A stretch of DNA of 63,798 nt, filler included, from Octopus bimaculoides (Eukaryota): the NCBI RefSeq assembly GCF_001194135.2. It is 5 parts of 5 records of this genome, joined end to end, with 100 filler letters (N's around TTAATTAATTAA, not from the genome) between each part and the next. Parts side by side here need not be neighbours in the genome. Positions count along the whole stretch, not along the records: positions 51,384 to 61,653 come from NC_068984.1; positions 61,754 to 63,798 come from NC_069009.1; 3 more parts are not named here. One strand, written 5' to 3'. The notes under the pieces are model-generated. The model saw only the letters and a program-made list of their open reading frames with translations, was not told the DNA's origin and made no database searches. Every line of letters starts with the position of its first letter. Within the stretch, counting starts at the first letter, position 1. Shown piece after piece: positions 51,426 through 63,355 of this stretch. The position numbers were made by a program, and so were the translations under genes.

Positions 51426-51479
51426 GAATGTGACAGCTGAATGGAGAAAGGGTTATATCAGTAGTGGATTGGTACGCAT

Positions 51480-51600
51480 TTTAAACCGAGTTAGTTAGAG
51501 TTATGTAACATAAAGTGCCTTACTCAAAGACACGAAACGCCGCCTTGTGTAGGAATCGAACCCACGACCTTCCGATCGTGAGTTCATCAGCTTCACCTCT
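51480..51600 (-). mobile_element. SINE family 3 head fragment
   Basis: ctcaaagacacgaaacgccgcc...ggaatcgaacccacgaccttccgatcgtgag. Confidence 0.7.
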
Positions 51601-52089
51601 CTCTCTATATATATACATACATGCATCATACATACATGCATCATACATACATACATACATAAATATTCCCCAATCTCTCTGGCTACACGCAGAAAATTCC
51701 CTTAATGTTTTACTAATATACTTATGTAATTCCATATCAGATAAACTTCTCTTGGTCATAGTCAGTAAGTAATCTTCCGCAGTTTTTCATATATACAATT
51801 TACCAACATTAACTTCAAGGTTGCAGCCAGTCTTTCGTATTTAGTAGTTTCCTTGGTGCATCTAATCATTTAATCAAGTAAATTGTTCCGTACACTTAAC
51901 TCTAAGGCAAGGATAGCTGCAACCGGAAATTAGTAACTATCCGGTATGTCGACCTTGTATATGTATCAAGAAAAGATACTTACTACTATGCCAGAATGTT
52001 TGCTTCATGAATATAGTTGGTCAGTGTCTAAGCAAAATTTCACCACCACCACCACCGCTGCCGCCGCCCTCACCGCCACTGCCGCCCTC

Positions 52090-52290
52090 GGTGGATAGGT
52101 GGATAGGTAGCATCTTTAAAGCGTCAGACGAAATGCCTTGTGTTACTTAGTTACAACTTTACGTTCTGAATTCAAATTCTACCAAGGTCATCCTCGCTGT
52201 TCATCCTTCCAGGCTCGATAAAATGAAGTACCCCAGTCGATTTATTAGACCATTCTTCCTGTTCAATTTGTGGCTTTCTGCCAATGTAAA
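52090..52290 (+). mobile_element. Degenerate SINE family 1 copy
   Basis: cgttctgaattcaaattctaccaagg...tcatccttccaggctcgataaaatgaagtacc. Confidence 0.65.
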
Positions 52291-52380
52291 AACTGATTAT
52301 TGCAATTATCATTGTTTTTATTTTCTTTTTATTTTGTTAATCGTTTCAATTCATTTTTGATGAATAAAAATTAAATTCAT

Positions 52381-52386
52381 TTTATT
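52381..52386 (-). terminator. Candidate polyadenylation signal (AATAAA) of the SLCO gene
   Basis: First AATAAA on the minus strand after the stop, about 480 nt downstream, followed by a U-rich tract. Confidence 0.4.
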
Positions 52387-52868
52387 TTGGATATACAATA
52401 AAGTAAATTGGAGTGTAGGCTAACGGAAAGGAGAAATTTTTCGTTTCAGCTTTGCATACTAAAACCGTATTTGCCGGCGTACAAGTCGACGTTGTATATA
52501 GTGTAAACATTCAATCATCGTCACTATCTGTTAAATCCGGCAGTATTTCACATGGAATTTTTTTGTTCCCCAAAGTTGTCTAGGTGTATAAGTCAACTTA
52601 TCGGTTTTGGTTGTAAATTTTGGTCTGTAAAATTTGACTTGTATGCCGGAAAATAAAGTAATTAATCTTTGGTGAGCAATATGCTGAGAGACCTTGTTGA
52701 CTTTGTTGGCTTCTTTTCTCAAAGATCATCTTAATTTTCCATTTTAGTGGCAGTTAACCTAGTTAATAATCGGTAACTGAGACAAAATGATAATCTAAAA
52801 ACGGAGGGCATATTGTCATATGTAAGTAAGCCAGATAAGGGCAAAATAAAACGTCTCACATTAGTGCT

Positions 52869-53146
52869 CTAATTTTGACAAAAGTCATCAACAACATCGG
52901 TATATTCATTTGTTATTTTTGTTTCTTTCGGTAAATATTTCTCCGAGTTTAGTCCAAAAAAGGCAGCAACTAATAAAAATATGAAGCACAACATGCTTAA
53001 AACACTTTGAAGGGAAAAATATTTTATATGGAATTCCTGTAAGTTATATAAATAACAAGAACCTTTTTCTCCACAGAGTTGACGATTCCATTGGATACAG
53101 GTACTGTCCACGAGATATGCGAAGAGAAACGGAGAAGGTAAGAATC
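52869..53146 (-). CDS. SLCO: Terminal coding exon of a solute carrier organic anion transporter (OATP/SLCO family)
   Basis: Acceptor ttttcattttttcag|GA (phase 1). GFLPSPFLFAYLVDSTCIQWNRQLCGEKGSCYLYN matches the family motif GxIPxPxxFGxxIDxxCxxW...CGxxGxCxxYD, followed by a last TM helix and TAG. Family level only; upstream exons not found in the window. Confidence 0.9.
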
Positions 53147-55092
53147 CTGAAAAAAATGAAAATATGGAAATATGAAAATAAGAATCTTTAAAACGAAATA
53201 CCTCCAGTAGGAAAAATCCTATGAGCAAGTGGTACAAACTATTATTTTTCTTAAATAGTCGTCTTTGTAAGTGTGAAATATATCTTCAAAAAATCCCTAC
53301 AGCTTCGTAAGGGTATGTGCTTTAATCGTTCTGGTTTCATTGCGATGATTTGGTGAAAGTTAAACTCATTTCACACGATAGAGCACTCGATTGTGAAAGA
53401 TAAATTCCTTCTACAGGAAAGGGCACTAGTGTATCTCAGCTAATATTTTCAAAAAGCGATATTTTAATTCGCTATGAGCGACAGAAACAATATAAGTTCA
53501 AAATATCAATCTATGTATCATACTTAAGGTATGTACAATGCTGACAGCCTAGAATATTGCAGTATTTGTCTTGAGATAGCTTATGAGCGACTCATACAGA
53601 CACAACGCAGTCTACACTTTCAGGTTTTGAGGATAGAGTTTTCAGAAATAACCTAAGAGGTTTACCATCAATTCCGTGAAATATTCACGTATCCTGCTAG
53701 TATTAGATAATCTTCGTTTGGTGTTGAAGTGACATAATACTAGGGTATTGGATTGAAATGCTTGGAAATATTTAGCTATACTTCTTTGAGTTCAAACATC
53801 GTAATTTTTAACTTGCAGCTCTCTGGGATTGATACCATCAATTCCGTCATATTTAATCCCTACATTACATTTGTAACGCTGTGACAATTTCTTTAAAGTT
53901 TGTCTGGAAAAGTACTTCTAGTTCACGGGATCAATGTAGTCAATAGCCTAAAAATTGGCTTCATCAACGTTTGTAGAAAAATGTGATGTCTGGTAAAAAT
54001 ACTTTGAACAAAATAAACTCCGATGAAGGAATCCGTTGATGGTAGTGTTAAAGTGAGCAGTATGTTAAGTTTTCACTCCGAAATAAAAAGGAAAAAAAAA
54101 AAGAGAGGATGGGGGCTATGGTTTTTTTTTTTTAGTCACTGGTCAGACTTGATCGAGTAGACCCATGACTAAAAGCATTCCAGCCGTAACAATCCCTGGA
54201 TATGATTTGAAGGATACGTGGCTCTTATTTTTAGCAAATCCGGTGACCACATAATCATCCACATGTTATTATCGAGAGGATGTCAAACCAGAGAGGAAAT
54301 AGAATTTGAGCGAGGGTGGGGTGGAGGTCGGAACGAAGTTGGTGTTCAGTTGATGAAAGGGTGGTTAATGAAGGTAGGTGAGCTAAGTATAGTTAACAAC
54401 TTTGGCTTTATCATTACTTCTTTGCAAATTGAATCCATTTATTAAAGGTTGAACTTTTCACACGAGAAATCCGTCTTGTCTTTCGATGATGAGAAATGTG
54501 TCTTTTGCTTAAGACATAAACAGAACATCTGCAAATTATTTGATGACATGTAAGACAACTTGATGTGGCTGTCAGGTCATGTTTCTGTTAAAGGTTTTCC
54601 TTCTCCATCCTGTTCATTTCATAGACTCTCTCTAAGAAGTACATGTGTTTTGTGTTTGTTGTTTCGGCATTAAATTTCAAGTAATAAATTCTCTGACTGC
54701 CACCATAAGGTTTAGAGGAAATAGAGTCAACGTGTAGAGGAAAATAGAAACGGCGAAAAAGGCAGTTTGTAAAAGTTGGCCAACCTCATAGACTTAGGTT
54801 AAAATTATAAATAGTTTAAATAGGAAAAATATACATTTATAAAGTAACTTTCATAGTATCAATATCTATAAAACAGAAGATGTTTGTGTGTGTACATGAA
54901 TGTGATTTATGCACGTCCACAAATTAGCACGCATGTCGCTCCAATTTTAGGAGAAGATTCGGAATGACCCTATGTGCATTTTAGTGGACTTTCTCTCTCA
55001 GAGGTACCCGCGTATACCTGTAAAAATCGATAAACTTTTACCAATTTTGAAGTTTGTTGACATGGCGATGTCAAATCTGTGCGTACGCGCTG

Positions 55093-55131
<39 letters not shown>

Positions 55132-56230
55132 AATTGTATGTTTGTGAGAGGGAGGGTGAAGGACAGATACATTTCTTTGCCAGCGTCTGTGTGGTAAGCA
55201 GCAATCAAACAGAAAAAAATACCCCCTCTCTNNNNNNNNNNNNNNNNNNNNNNNNNNNNNNNNNNNNNNNNNNNNNNNNNNNNNNNNNNNNNNNNNNNNN
55301 NNNNNNNNNNNNNNNNNNNNNNNNNNNNNNNNNNNNNNNNNNNNNNNNNNNNNNNNNNNNNNNNNNNNNNNNNNNNNNNNNNNNNNNNNNNNNNNNNNNN
55401 NNNNNNNNNNNNNNNNNNNNNNNNNNNNNNNNNNNNNNNNNNNNNNNNNNNNNNNNNNNNNNNNNNNNNNNNNNNNNNNNNNNNNNNNNNNNNNNNNNNN
55501 NNNNNNNNNNNNNNNNNNNNNNNNNNNNNNNNNNNNNNNNNNNNNNNNNNNNNNNNNNNNNNNNNNNNNNNNNNNNNNNNNNNNNNNNNNNNNNNNNNNN
55601 NNNNNNNNNNNNNNNNNNNNNNNNNNNNNNNNNNNNNNNNNNNNNNNNNNNNNNNNNNNNNNNNNNNNNNNNNNNNNNNNNNNNNNNNNNNNNNNNNNNN
55701 NNNNNNNNNNNNNNNNNNNNNNNNNNNNNNNNNNNNNNNNNNNNNNNNNNNNNNNNNNNNNNNNNNNNNNNNNNNNNNNNNNNNNNNNNNNNNNNNNNNN
55801 NNNNNNNNNNNNNNNNNNNNNNNNNNNNNNNNNNNNNNNNNNNNNNNNNNNNNNNNNNNNNNNNNNNNNNNNNNNNNNNNNNNNNNNNNNNNNNNNNNNN
55901 NNNNNNNNNNNNNNNNNNNNNNAAATTGTATTACACGTGTATAAGGGATGACCACTAGGTGGACATCCAATATGCTAGAAAGAGGTCATCAACGACCCAA
56001 CCACAAAGAAAAATAATGTTCTCCGGGTTCCTAACCCATGAGCAAAGAGGGGTTAGATGATGGCGGTGGTGTTTTCAAAGGGATGGCATGTGTAACCTGA
56101 TCACCTCTGCCGATCAAACTCTCAACCCATGCGCTCCAGTTGCAACACTGATTCTGCCCAAATTTGAAGTCATGTTACTTAGTTTGGTTTGAAATAAAGA
56201 ACTTGATTAGCTTAATAATCCCAACTTAAT

Positions 56231-56258
56231 CCCGGGCAAAGCCGGGCTATACTACTAG
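56231..56258 (+). mobile_element. Helitron-like 3' terminus
   Basis: GC hairpin cccgggc-aaa-gccggg, then about 8 nt, then CTAG followed by T. Confidence 0.55.
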
Positions 56259-56469
56259 TATTTCTATAAAAAAAAGTCCAGAACAGTCCATAAGAATTTT
56301 ACTTCTGAGAAATCTATGTAAGGTGGATTAATAATTGTGCAATTTTGTTTTCATTACTCAAATGTCATTAAAATAACATTAGCAATCAATTACATCGTTC
56401 TTGTAACAATATCTCTGCTTGTACCAACTTTTAAACAATCAATAATTAATTCCAAGATACATCTCACGT

Positions 56470-56995
56470 ATACTGTGAGCTCCATCATGTTTCTGGAGTT
56501 TCAGGCGGTTTCAAGTCTTTCAACATCAGACCCTCTTACCTAGTTGACTTATCTTGCACCCCATTAACAGCGAACCACCGGTCTGTCCTCTTTATCCGAA
56601 GCCATCTAGTAGCTTTTTCTGCAATTTCAGTGATGAAATTTATGGCCTTCTTTGCTGCACCAGTACCACACCCAAGCTTAGTGCGAGCTTCACAGAATGG
56701 ACGCCGCACAAACCGCTGGCAGCCCACTTCAATTGCCTCACAACGTGCCTGCCAGCCCTGGTTTCTTCCTTGCTTTACCAGCTCCTGGTATTCGGCAAGC
56801 TTCCTCTCATGAACCACCTCCATATGTCCTTCCCAGCTCACAATCAGTTACCACCTGATCACTTGCTCTTTGGAATTTGAGAAGATCGCTGTATCCTGAG
56901 CGGAGAGTTTGTTGGTATGATGTGATTTGGCAGCTTTAGCTGTTCCGCAAGATTCACTCTCGGCTAGTAGTCTGAGGCTGTGGAAAGTAGGCATA
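56470..56995 (-). mobile_element. 3' fragment of an R2-group (Hero-like) non-LTR element, RLE domain
   Basis: SWEGHMEVVHERKLAEYQELV...GWQARCEAIEVGCQRF...LG...AEKATRWLRIKR..W. Confidence 0.75.
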
Positions 56996-57257
56996 GTTGT
57001 TGATGTTACGTAATATTCAATAACTCACCACATAACTAAAAAAAAAAAAGAAAATGGGACTGTTATGAATTAGTTTAAGTAGGATTTTAACTGTTATATA
57101 TAAGGAAATCAGTGTAAAGTAGAAGGCAAACTTTTCTGTAACTACGTTTTGACTTCTAATTGTTATCAACCATTTCACAAATAACAGAGGAATTGGTGTC
57201 TCAACTCCATTTCAATCAATGATTTCTAATGATTGTTGTTTGAGGGATCATTTTGAT

Positions 57258-57499
57258 CAGTGGTTCCCAAAGTGGGCAATATTGCTCCCCCCTGGGGGCG
57301 GTGGAAGAAAAGTGGGGCGATAATGGGGTAGCGATTCTTGTAAAAACAAAATTAGATTAAGTTTTATTTGTGAAATACAGTTGCTTTGAATTTGCTTCAG
57401 AAAGAGGTCTATGTTGTGATGGTTGGTTGGGGTGGGGGCGCTAAGAATGTGGCCTGGGTATCAAGGAGGTCGTAGCCCCCAAAAGTTTGGGAACCACTG
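57258..57499. mobile_element. hAT (Charlie-like) MITE, 242 bp
   Basis: TIRs cagtggttcccaaa / tttgggaaccactg; 8-bp TSD attttgat / attttgct (7 of 8 match). Confidence 0.85.
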
Positions 57500-57544
57500 A
57501 TTTTGCTTATATAACGTAAAAAATTTACTGCTTATTATATGCAG

Positions 57545-57670
57545 GCACAGGCGTAGCTGTATGGTAAGAAGTTTGCTTTCTAACTACATGGTTTCAGTTC
57601 CATTCTCACCCCGAGTTAACTAAGACCTTATGGATGGATTTAGTAAACGGAACTTAAACGAATTTTGTCG
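57545..57670 (+). mobile_element. SINE family 2 head running into (TATG)n/(TA)n
   Basis: ggcgtagctgtatggtaagaagtttgctttctaactacatgg...ggatttagtaaacggaac. Confidence 0.7.
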
Positions 57671-57720
57671 TTTATACATCTATGTATGTATGTATGTATG
57701 TATGTATGTATGTATGTATG

Positions 57721-57815
<95 letters not shown>

Positions 57816-58559
57816 TATTTGTCCCTGACCCGACATCCATGTATGCCTTGAATAGGCGAATAAAGAAATCATTCATTGCTTGTTGATTCTTCGACAAGCA
57901 TTCAGTCGGTCTACTCTCACACACACACCCGCACGTGCATATGTTCGCCTCATTTGCTTGAAGACATGTGGTTGCAAAAGAATATGTGATGTTACAAGCT
58001 TTCCTTCAATTAACCTTATATGCCAACGCGTTACCTCCAGTAATAAATATGTTATTCTTATTTTCTTGTCATTACGTACAAGATGGTGAGACCCCTCTTT
58101 CTCTCATGCTTATTAAATTAAAGGATGTCACTTAATCGACATCAGAATAGTGTCCACCAGTATAGTATGGCAGCAATAGAAGAGCTATATGGATGTAAAC
58201 TCTATTTTGTTTTCTTATTGATAAAAGGAGAACAGGAACTTAAAAAATTTCAGTAATAATGTTTTTGGGAGTGGACAGAATGCTTCGCCGCATTTTTTCC
58301 GGATCTTTACGTTCTATATTCAAATACCATCGCGGCCGATTTTGCTTTTCAGCAAAAATAAAGTACCAGTCATATGCAAGGGTCGATCTAATCTACTTAC
58401 AACAATGTTTTGGTATGAGTATGGAAACTGTCACATTTTGCCAATTGGTTTCCCGAGGTTCTCAGCAGTTTACGGAAAATTCATTTATTCATGTACTTTG
58501 TTTGTGTGTGTGTGTGTGTGTGTGCGCGCGCGCGCATGAGTGTGTGTATGAATAGTGTG

Positions 58560-59730
58560 AACATAAACTGGCTGTTGTAATTTTATGTGGTATTTTCCTC
58601 CTTTAGCTAAAAATAACTTTCATTTTCCCCGCCAAATATTTATATCACTTTGACTCACACGCAGACACGCGCGCGCGCACAGAATGATGTTTTTGTATTT
58701 GGTTTGCAAGATTCTTTTCAGCCTTTCCTTGAAGATACGATGACCTTCTATCTTATGAGAAACACTGTATTAAATAAATGTTTATAGACATTTCTTAGTG
58801 AAACATTTCTGTTTGAATATGTGCGTGTGTGTGTGCGTATATTTGTTGATTAAATGAATTAGGATCGGTTTCGCTAAATTCCGGATATGGCAATGGTTAA
58901 TTTTAATGATGTATTTGATGTTTGTGAAAACCTAATGCTTAAGGCGTTGCATTCACAATAGAAAGATAGTCTTTTCGATTCCTGTACCGGGCGGTGAGTT
59001 GTGTTCTTGAGCATTTCCAGTTTATCAGCGATCACTTTGATATCAGACGTGTAGCAGACCGTCGATCAGTACAGGCAATGTCGACTTGATGGCGGTCGTG
59101 AGCGAATATACAGACAAACAATTGATCGCTATAAGCAAATCACCTGTGCACATTGTTCGGCAAGACGTTTCTGGACCTTCACTTGTCGTGTACGACAGGG
59201 AAGTCCTATCATATATGTGGATATAAAACACTGCTGTCTCCCATTTTTTCTCTCCTTTCAAAAGTTCTCTAGAGAAGGACACTGTCCGAAACGTTAGATT
59301 TTCCACTCCTCATCACAAGTTCACTGTACTCTATTTATCGATTTTACTAATACAATATAACCCTCTTTGGAATGCGCGCGCGCGTGTGCGCGTGCGAGTA
59401 TGTGTTCGACAATCGCCAACACATGAAAGACACTGTCGAAAACAAAAGTACGTAACAAAAAAATAATTTTTTTTCCTGTAAACTGTCGAGAGCATCGGAA
59501 ATTGCCCGACTAAGCCCCACCTCTTAAAATTACCGGCCTTGTGCTTAAACGAGAAGTTATTATTATGTCTTTAAATATATGGAACTAACTAAAAGTACAC
59601 CAATGATTCAAAGTGATATAGACAAACATCAATGAAAGGAAAAAAATAAAATATTTGGCGGGGAAAATGAAAGTTATTTTTAGCTAAAGGGGGAAAATCC
59701 CACATAAAATTACAACAGCGAGTTTATGTT
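58560..59730. repeat. Pair of about 80-bp inverted repeats enclosing about 1.0 kb (possible non-autonomous DNA transposon)
   Basis: 58560-58641 is nearly the exact reverse complement of 59650-59730. No TSD recognised. Confidence 0.7.
59260..59302 (+). ncRNA. Minimal type I hammerhead relic
   Basis: aaaa.tct-CTAGAGA-a-ggac act gtcc-GAAA-cg-TT-aga tttt. The core looks like CUGAAGA with two bases swapped. Confidence 0.5.
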
Positions 59731-59873
59731 TATTTACATATGGCCGTAAATACGCGTGTTATGTACGCATGCGTAAACGTGGATGACGAAATTTTATTTA
59801 AGATTTCTCTGTTAGCTAGAAATAACTTACAGCTTCCCGTGTACATGTGTGTGTGTGTGTATTATGTATGCAT

Positions 59874-59908
<35 letters not shown>

Positions 59909-60093
59909 CGCATATATTCTTTAAATTCGTGTATGGTAACGTTAGGGGTATGCAAATAAAGCTCCTATTTCATTATGCCTGCTACCGTCTAATGATACTG
60001 ACTGGTGAGTCAGTTTTTCGGTGTTGCATCATAGTTATACTGATATAATGTAGGATAAATATAATAATAACAATAATTCTTGGTTGGAATTTA

Positions 60094-60915
60094 GGATCTT
60101 TTTGGTTTGACGGGCAACATTTTTCATTTATGTTTTATGGAGTGTTTTTAGTACCGAAACACTTTCAAACTTCGTATACTTGTATATTTTGTGTTATAGA
60201 ACAGATAATAATTTTTGTATTCGAAGTTATTTCATGTAAAAAATTGTAGTATTTCAGTAATTTCAACCAATCACTGACTTCTATTGAGGTGAAAACAATT
60301 ACTGCCGTGGAATGTAAACAACAGTGTCATGGGATCTTTTCCCTTCAATAAAATTAGTGCCGTTGTTTGTCAACAACTATCCGTGTTACTCTTATTTATG
60401 ACATCGTTCGTGCGTTTGTACTGGTTTTAGCTTCAGGGTTTTAGGATTAGGGTTCGGGTTTTAAAGTTAGGGTTAGTTTTAGGATTACGGTTAGGGTTAT
60501 GATTATTTTTGCAATAACCTCACTCATAACCCTAACCCTAACCCTAAAACCCTATAACTCATAACCATAACCTTAACCCTAACTCCAACTCTAACCCTAA
60601 AACCCTAACCCTAACTCTAAAACCCGAACCCTAACCCAAACGCACGAACGATGTTATAAATAACTACTGCCGATAGTTGTTGTTGACAAACAACGGCACT
60701 AATTTTATTCAAGGGAAAAGATCCCATGACACCGTTACGGCAGTAATTGTTTTCACCTCAATAGACGTCAGTGATTGGTTGAAATTACATAAATACGACA
60801 ACTTTAACATGAAATAACTTATTAAGATGTTTTATATGCCACATTCTACCAGTATCCCAAGTTTGAAAGTGTTTCGTTAAGAAAACAAGTGTTGCCCGTC
60901 AAACCAAAAAGATCC
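60094..60915. mobile_element. 822-bp palindromic (foldback-type) non-autonomous DNA transposon with telomere-like core, Merlin-like termini
   Basis: Perfect 8-bp TSD GGAATTTA (60086-60093 and 60916-60923). Perfect 26-bp terminal IR ggatctttttggtttgacgggcaaca. The arms stay complementary for over 300 bp. Centre is degenerate TTAGGG then CCCTAA. Confidence 0.85.
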
Positions 60916-61175
60916 GGAATTTATAAATATTTAATACATCGCTACGCGCGTTTCCACACATCACATGATTTTGACATCAGAGTCGGTATCCTTAGGATTA
61001 GTACAGTATAGTCCGTAGTATCCGTGGGCATCCAGTTGATCATCATCATTGATTCATTTCATCAAGCGATACTGCATTACTGGATGAATCACAGATCGAT
61101 GTTTATCCCTTCTTTCCAATATGAAGGGCAATCTAGCTTTGTCTGGGCTGAGAATTCCGGCTGCTCCTGGCTAAT

Positions 61176-61206
61176 GGGACACATGAAGTCGAAACGTCGG
61201 TGTCCC
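61176..61206 (+). ncRNA. Hammerhead relic with stem II lost
   Basis: gggacac-atgaagtc-GAAACGTC-g-gtgtccc: 7-bp stem I and GAAAC-GUC are intact, the CUGANGA/stem II part is truncated. Confidence 0.4.
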
Positions 61207-61421
61207 AGAATACCGTGCGTCAATGAACCGAGTGTGTTGAACGCACTGTCGTCGTAAAAGGAGATGTTGTTCTCCTTTGACGTACGCGACTGCGATCAAC
61301 ATATTTTGCGCCCGAACCTGACTACACGTGTCAAGAATTAATATGCAGCGCCAGATCTTGCTGTTAATGGTGCAAGTAATAATTGTGTGTGTGAGTATAT
61401 GTGAGTGTGTGTGAATATGTG

Positions 61422-61461
<40 letters not shown>

Positions 61462-61754
61462 TGTGTGTGTTATTTGCTATTGTTGATCAACTTATTGAAA
61501 AACAACAAAACATTCGTTGATGGTGGGGCTGTACGAGTGAAACTTCAGTGATGCTGAAACTTTTTTCTGGAAAGAAAATTTTTCCTGAGGAAAAGAAACA
61601 ATACAACCACAAGTAAATTATTGCAATCATTTACGCAAGTGGCCAGTCGGTATNNNNNNNNNNNNNNNNNNNNNNNNNNNNNNNNNNNNNNNNNNNNTTA
61701 ATTAATTAANNNNNNNNNNNNNNNNNNNNNNNNNNNNNNNNNNNNNNNNNNNNA

Positions 61755-61960
61755 CTTACTAACTTATTTATGTATATATGTATGTATGAGCCAATGAGGG
61801 AGACCTCTACATGGTAGCTAGACCTGTTAGAAATAGCAGCCAAATCTCCCTCAAATCATTGCTTACTAACTTATTTATGTATATATGTATGTATGAGCCA
61901 ATGTGGGAGACCTCTTCATGGTAGCTATGGCTGGTAGAAATAACAGCCAAAGATACCACA
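61755..61960 (+). repeat. 107-bp-period tandem duplication
   Basis: cttactaacttatttatgtatatatgtatgtatgagccaatg starts at 61755 and again at 61862. The later halves diverge. Confidence 0.85.
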
Positions 61961-62164
61961 AATCACACTCAACTGTCTAACATCTGTATTAAGAGATCTC
62001 ATCTTACATCCAGTCAATAAACCTGACCTTTTCCTTAATGGCACGTCGACTTCGAAGAATTTCTGAATCTTCAAATTATCTCCCTTCCTTAAGTGTATGG
62101 TCTTAATTGCCATTTGGTCTTTATAATAAATATTTATACTCTAAAAGAAGAGAATAAAATTCTC

Positions 62165-62399
62165 TTCTTTTACTTGTTTCAGTCATTTGACTGTGTGCCA
62201 TGCTGGAGCACTGCCTTGAAGAGTTTTAGCTGAACAACTTGACATCAGGACTTATTTTTTTAAGTCTAGTACTTATTCTATTGGGCACTTTAGCTGCACC
62301 GCTAAGTTATGGTGATGTAAACACACCAACATTGGTTGTTAAGTGGTGATAGGACAAACACAGACACGAAGGCACACACACATAGATATATATACATAC

Positions 62400-62473
<74 letters not shown>

Positions 62474-62510
62474 GACAGGCTTCTTTCAGTTTCCATCTAC
62501 CAAATCCATG
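62165..62510 (-). mobile_element. SINE family 2 (partial head, (TA)n, body)
   Basis: Same layout as 24810-25250. Confidence 0.85.
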
Positions 62511-63308
62511 TGTGTGTATATATACATATATGCACGTATAATGATGTGTGTGTATGTGCATGTATATGTATGTATGTGTGTGTATATGCATGAGTGTGCA
62601 TTTGTATGTATGTGTGTGCATATATAATGATGTGTGTGTGTTTGTATAAGTATATTTGTAATGTATATGTATGTGTGTGTGTGTGTATATATATACATGC
62701 ATCTGTGTACATGTATATGTATGTGCATGTATGCATATATTGTGTGCACTTGTATACGTATGTTTGTGCATGTATATTTACGTGTGTGCATCCATAATGA
62801 TGTGTGTGCTTGAAAATGAATGTGTATGCATGTATATTTATGTTTGTGCGTGTGTATGTATGTGTGTGAGGGAGTGAAAAAAACAACGCCATGGACAGTG
62901 GGGCTGCTGTCACCACCACCACCGTCTCTTCTGCCACTACTATCATTAGTGCTAATGTTGTTGAGGACAATGATGACAATGAAGATGCTTAAATATTTAT
63001 GTTATAATTAAAAAAAAAAAAATTACAACACAAATTCCAGTTGATTAAGATATTTTTATTGAAGAAATTTTCCAAATTTTCAAAAAACTGAAAGGAAAAA
63101 GATAAAAGATATGAGTGCATTGTGGGATAGGTGGTATTTAACTCTATTACTATACGTGAGTGCGTATATCGAGAGGTATGATGCATGTATAGGGGGTAGG
63201 TGGATGTATATGTGTGTGTGTGTGTGTGTGTGTGCATACACATATATATATGTATATGTATGTATGCATTCACACATAAATATATAAATTCATACAAATA
63301 TATACATA

Positions 63309-63355
<47 letters not shown>

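Noticed and set aside
54930-55025. Candidate penultimate SLCO exon (minus, tttttacag|G, RYTRVPLREK...LLLKL)
   Set aside because: In-frame stop, wrong spacing to the family motif, and no GT donor in the required phase.
60435-60637. Ancient chromosome end-to-end fusion site
   Set aside because: The perfect 8-bp TSD and terminal inverted repeats show a transposon insertion, and the repeat tract is short.
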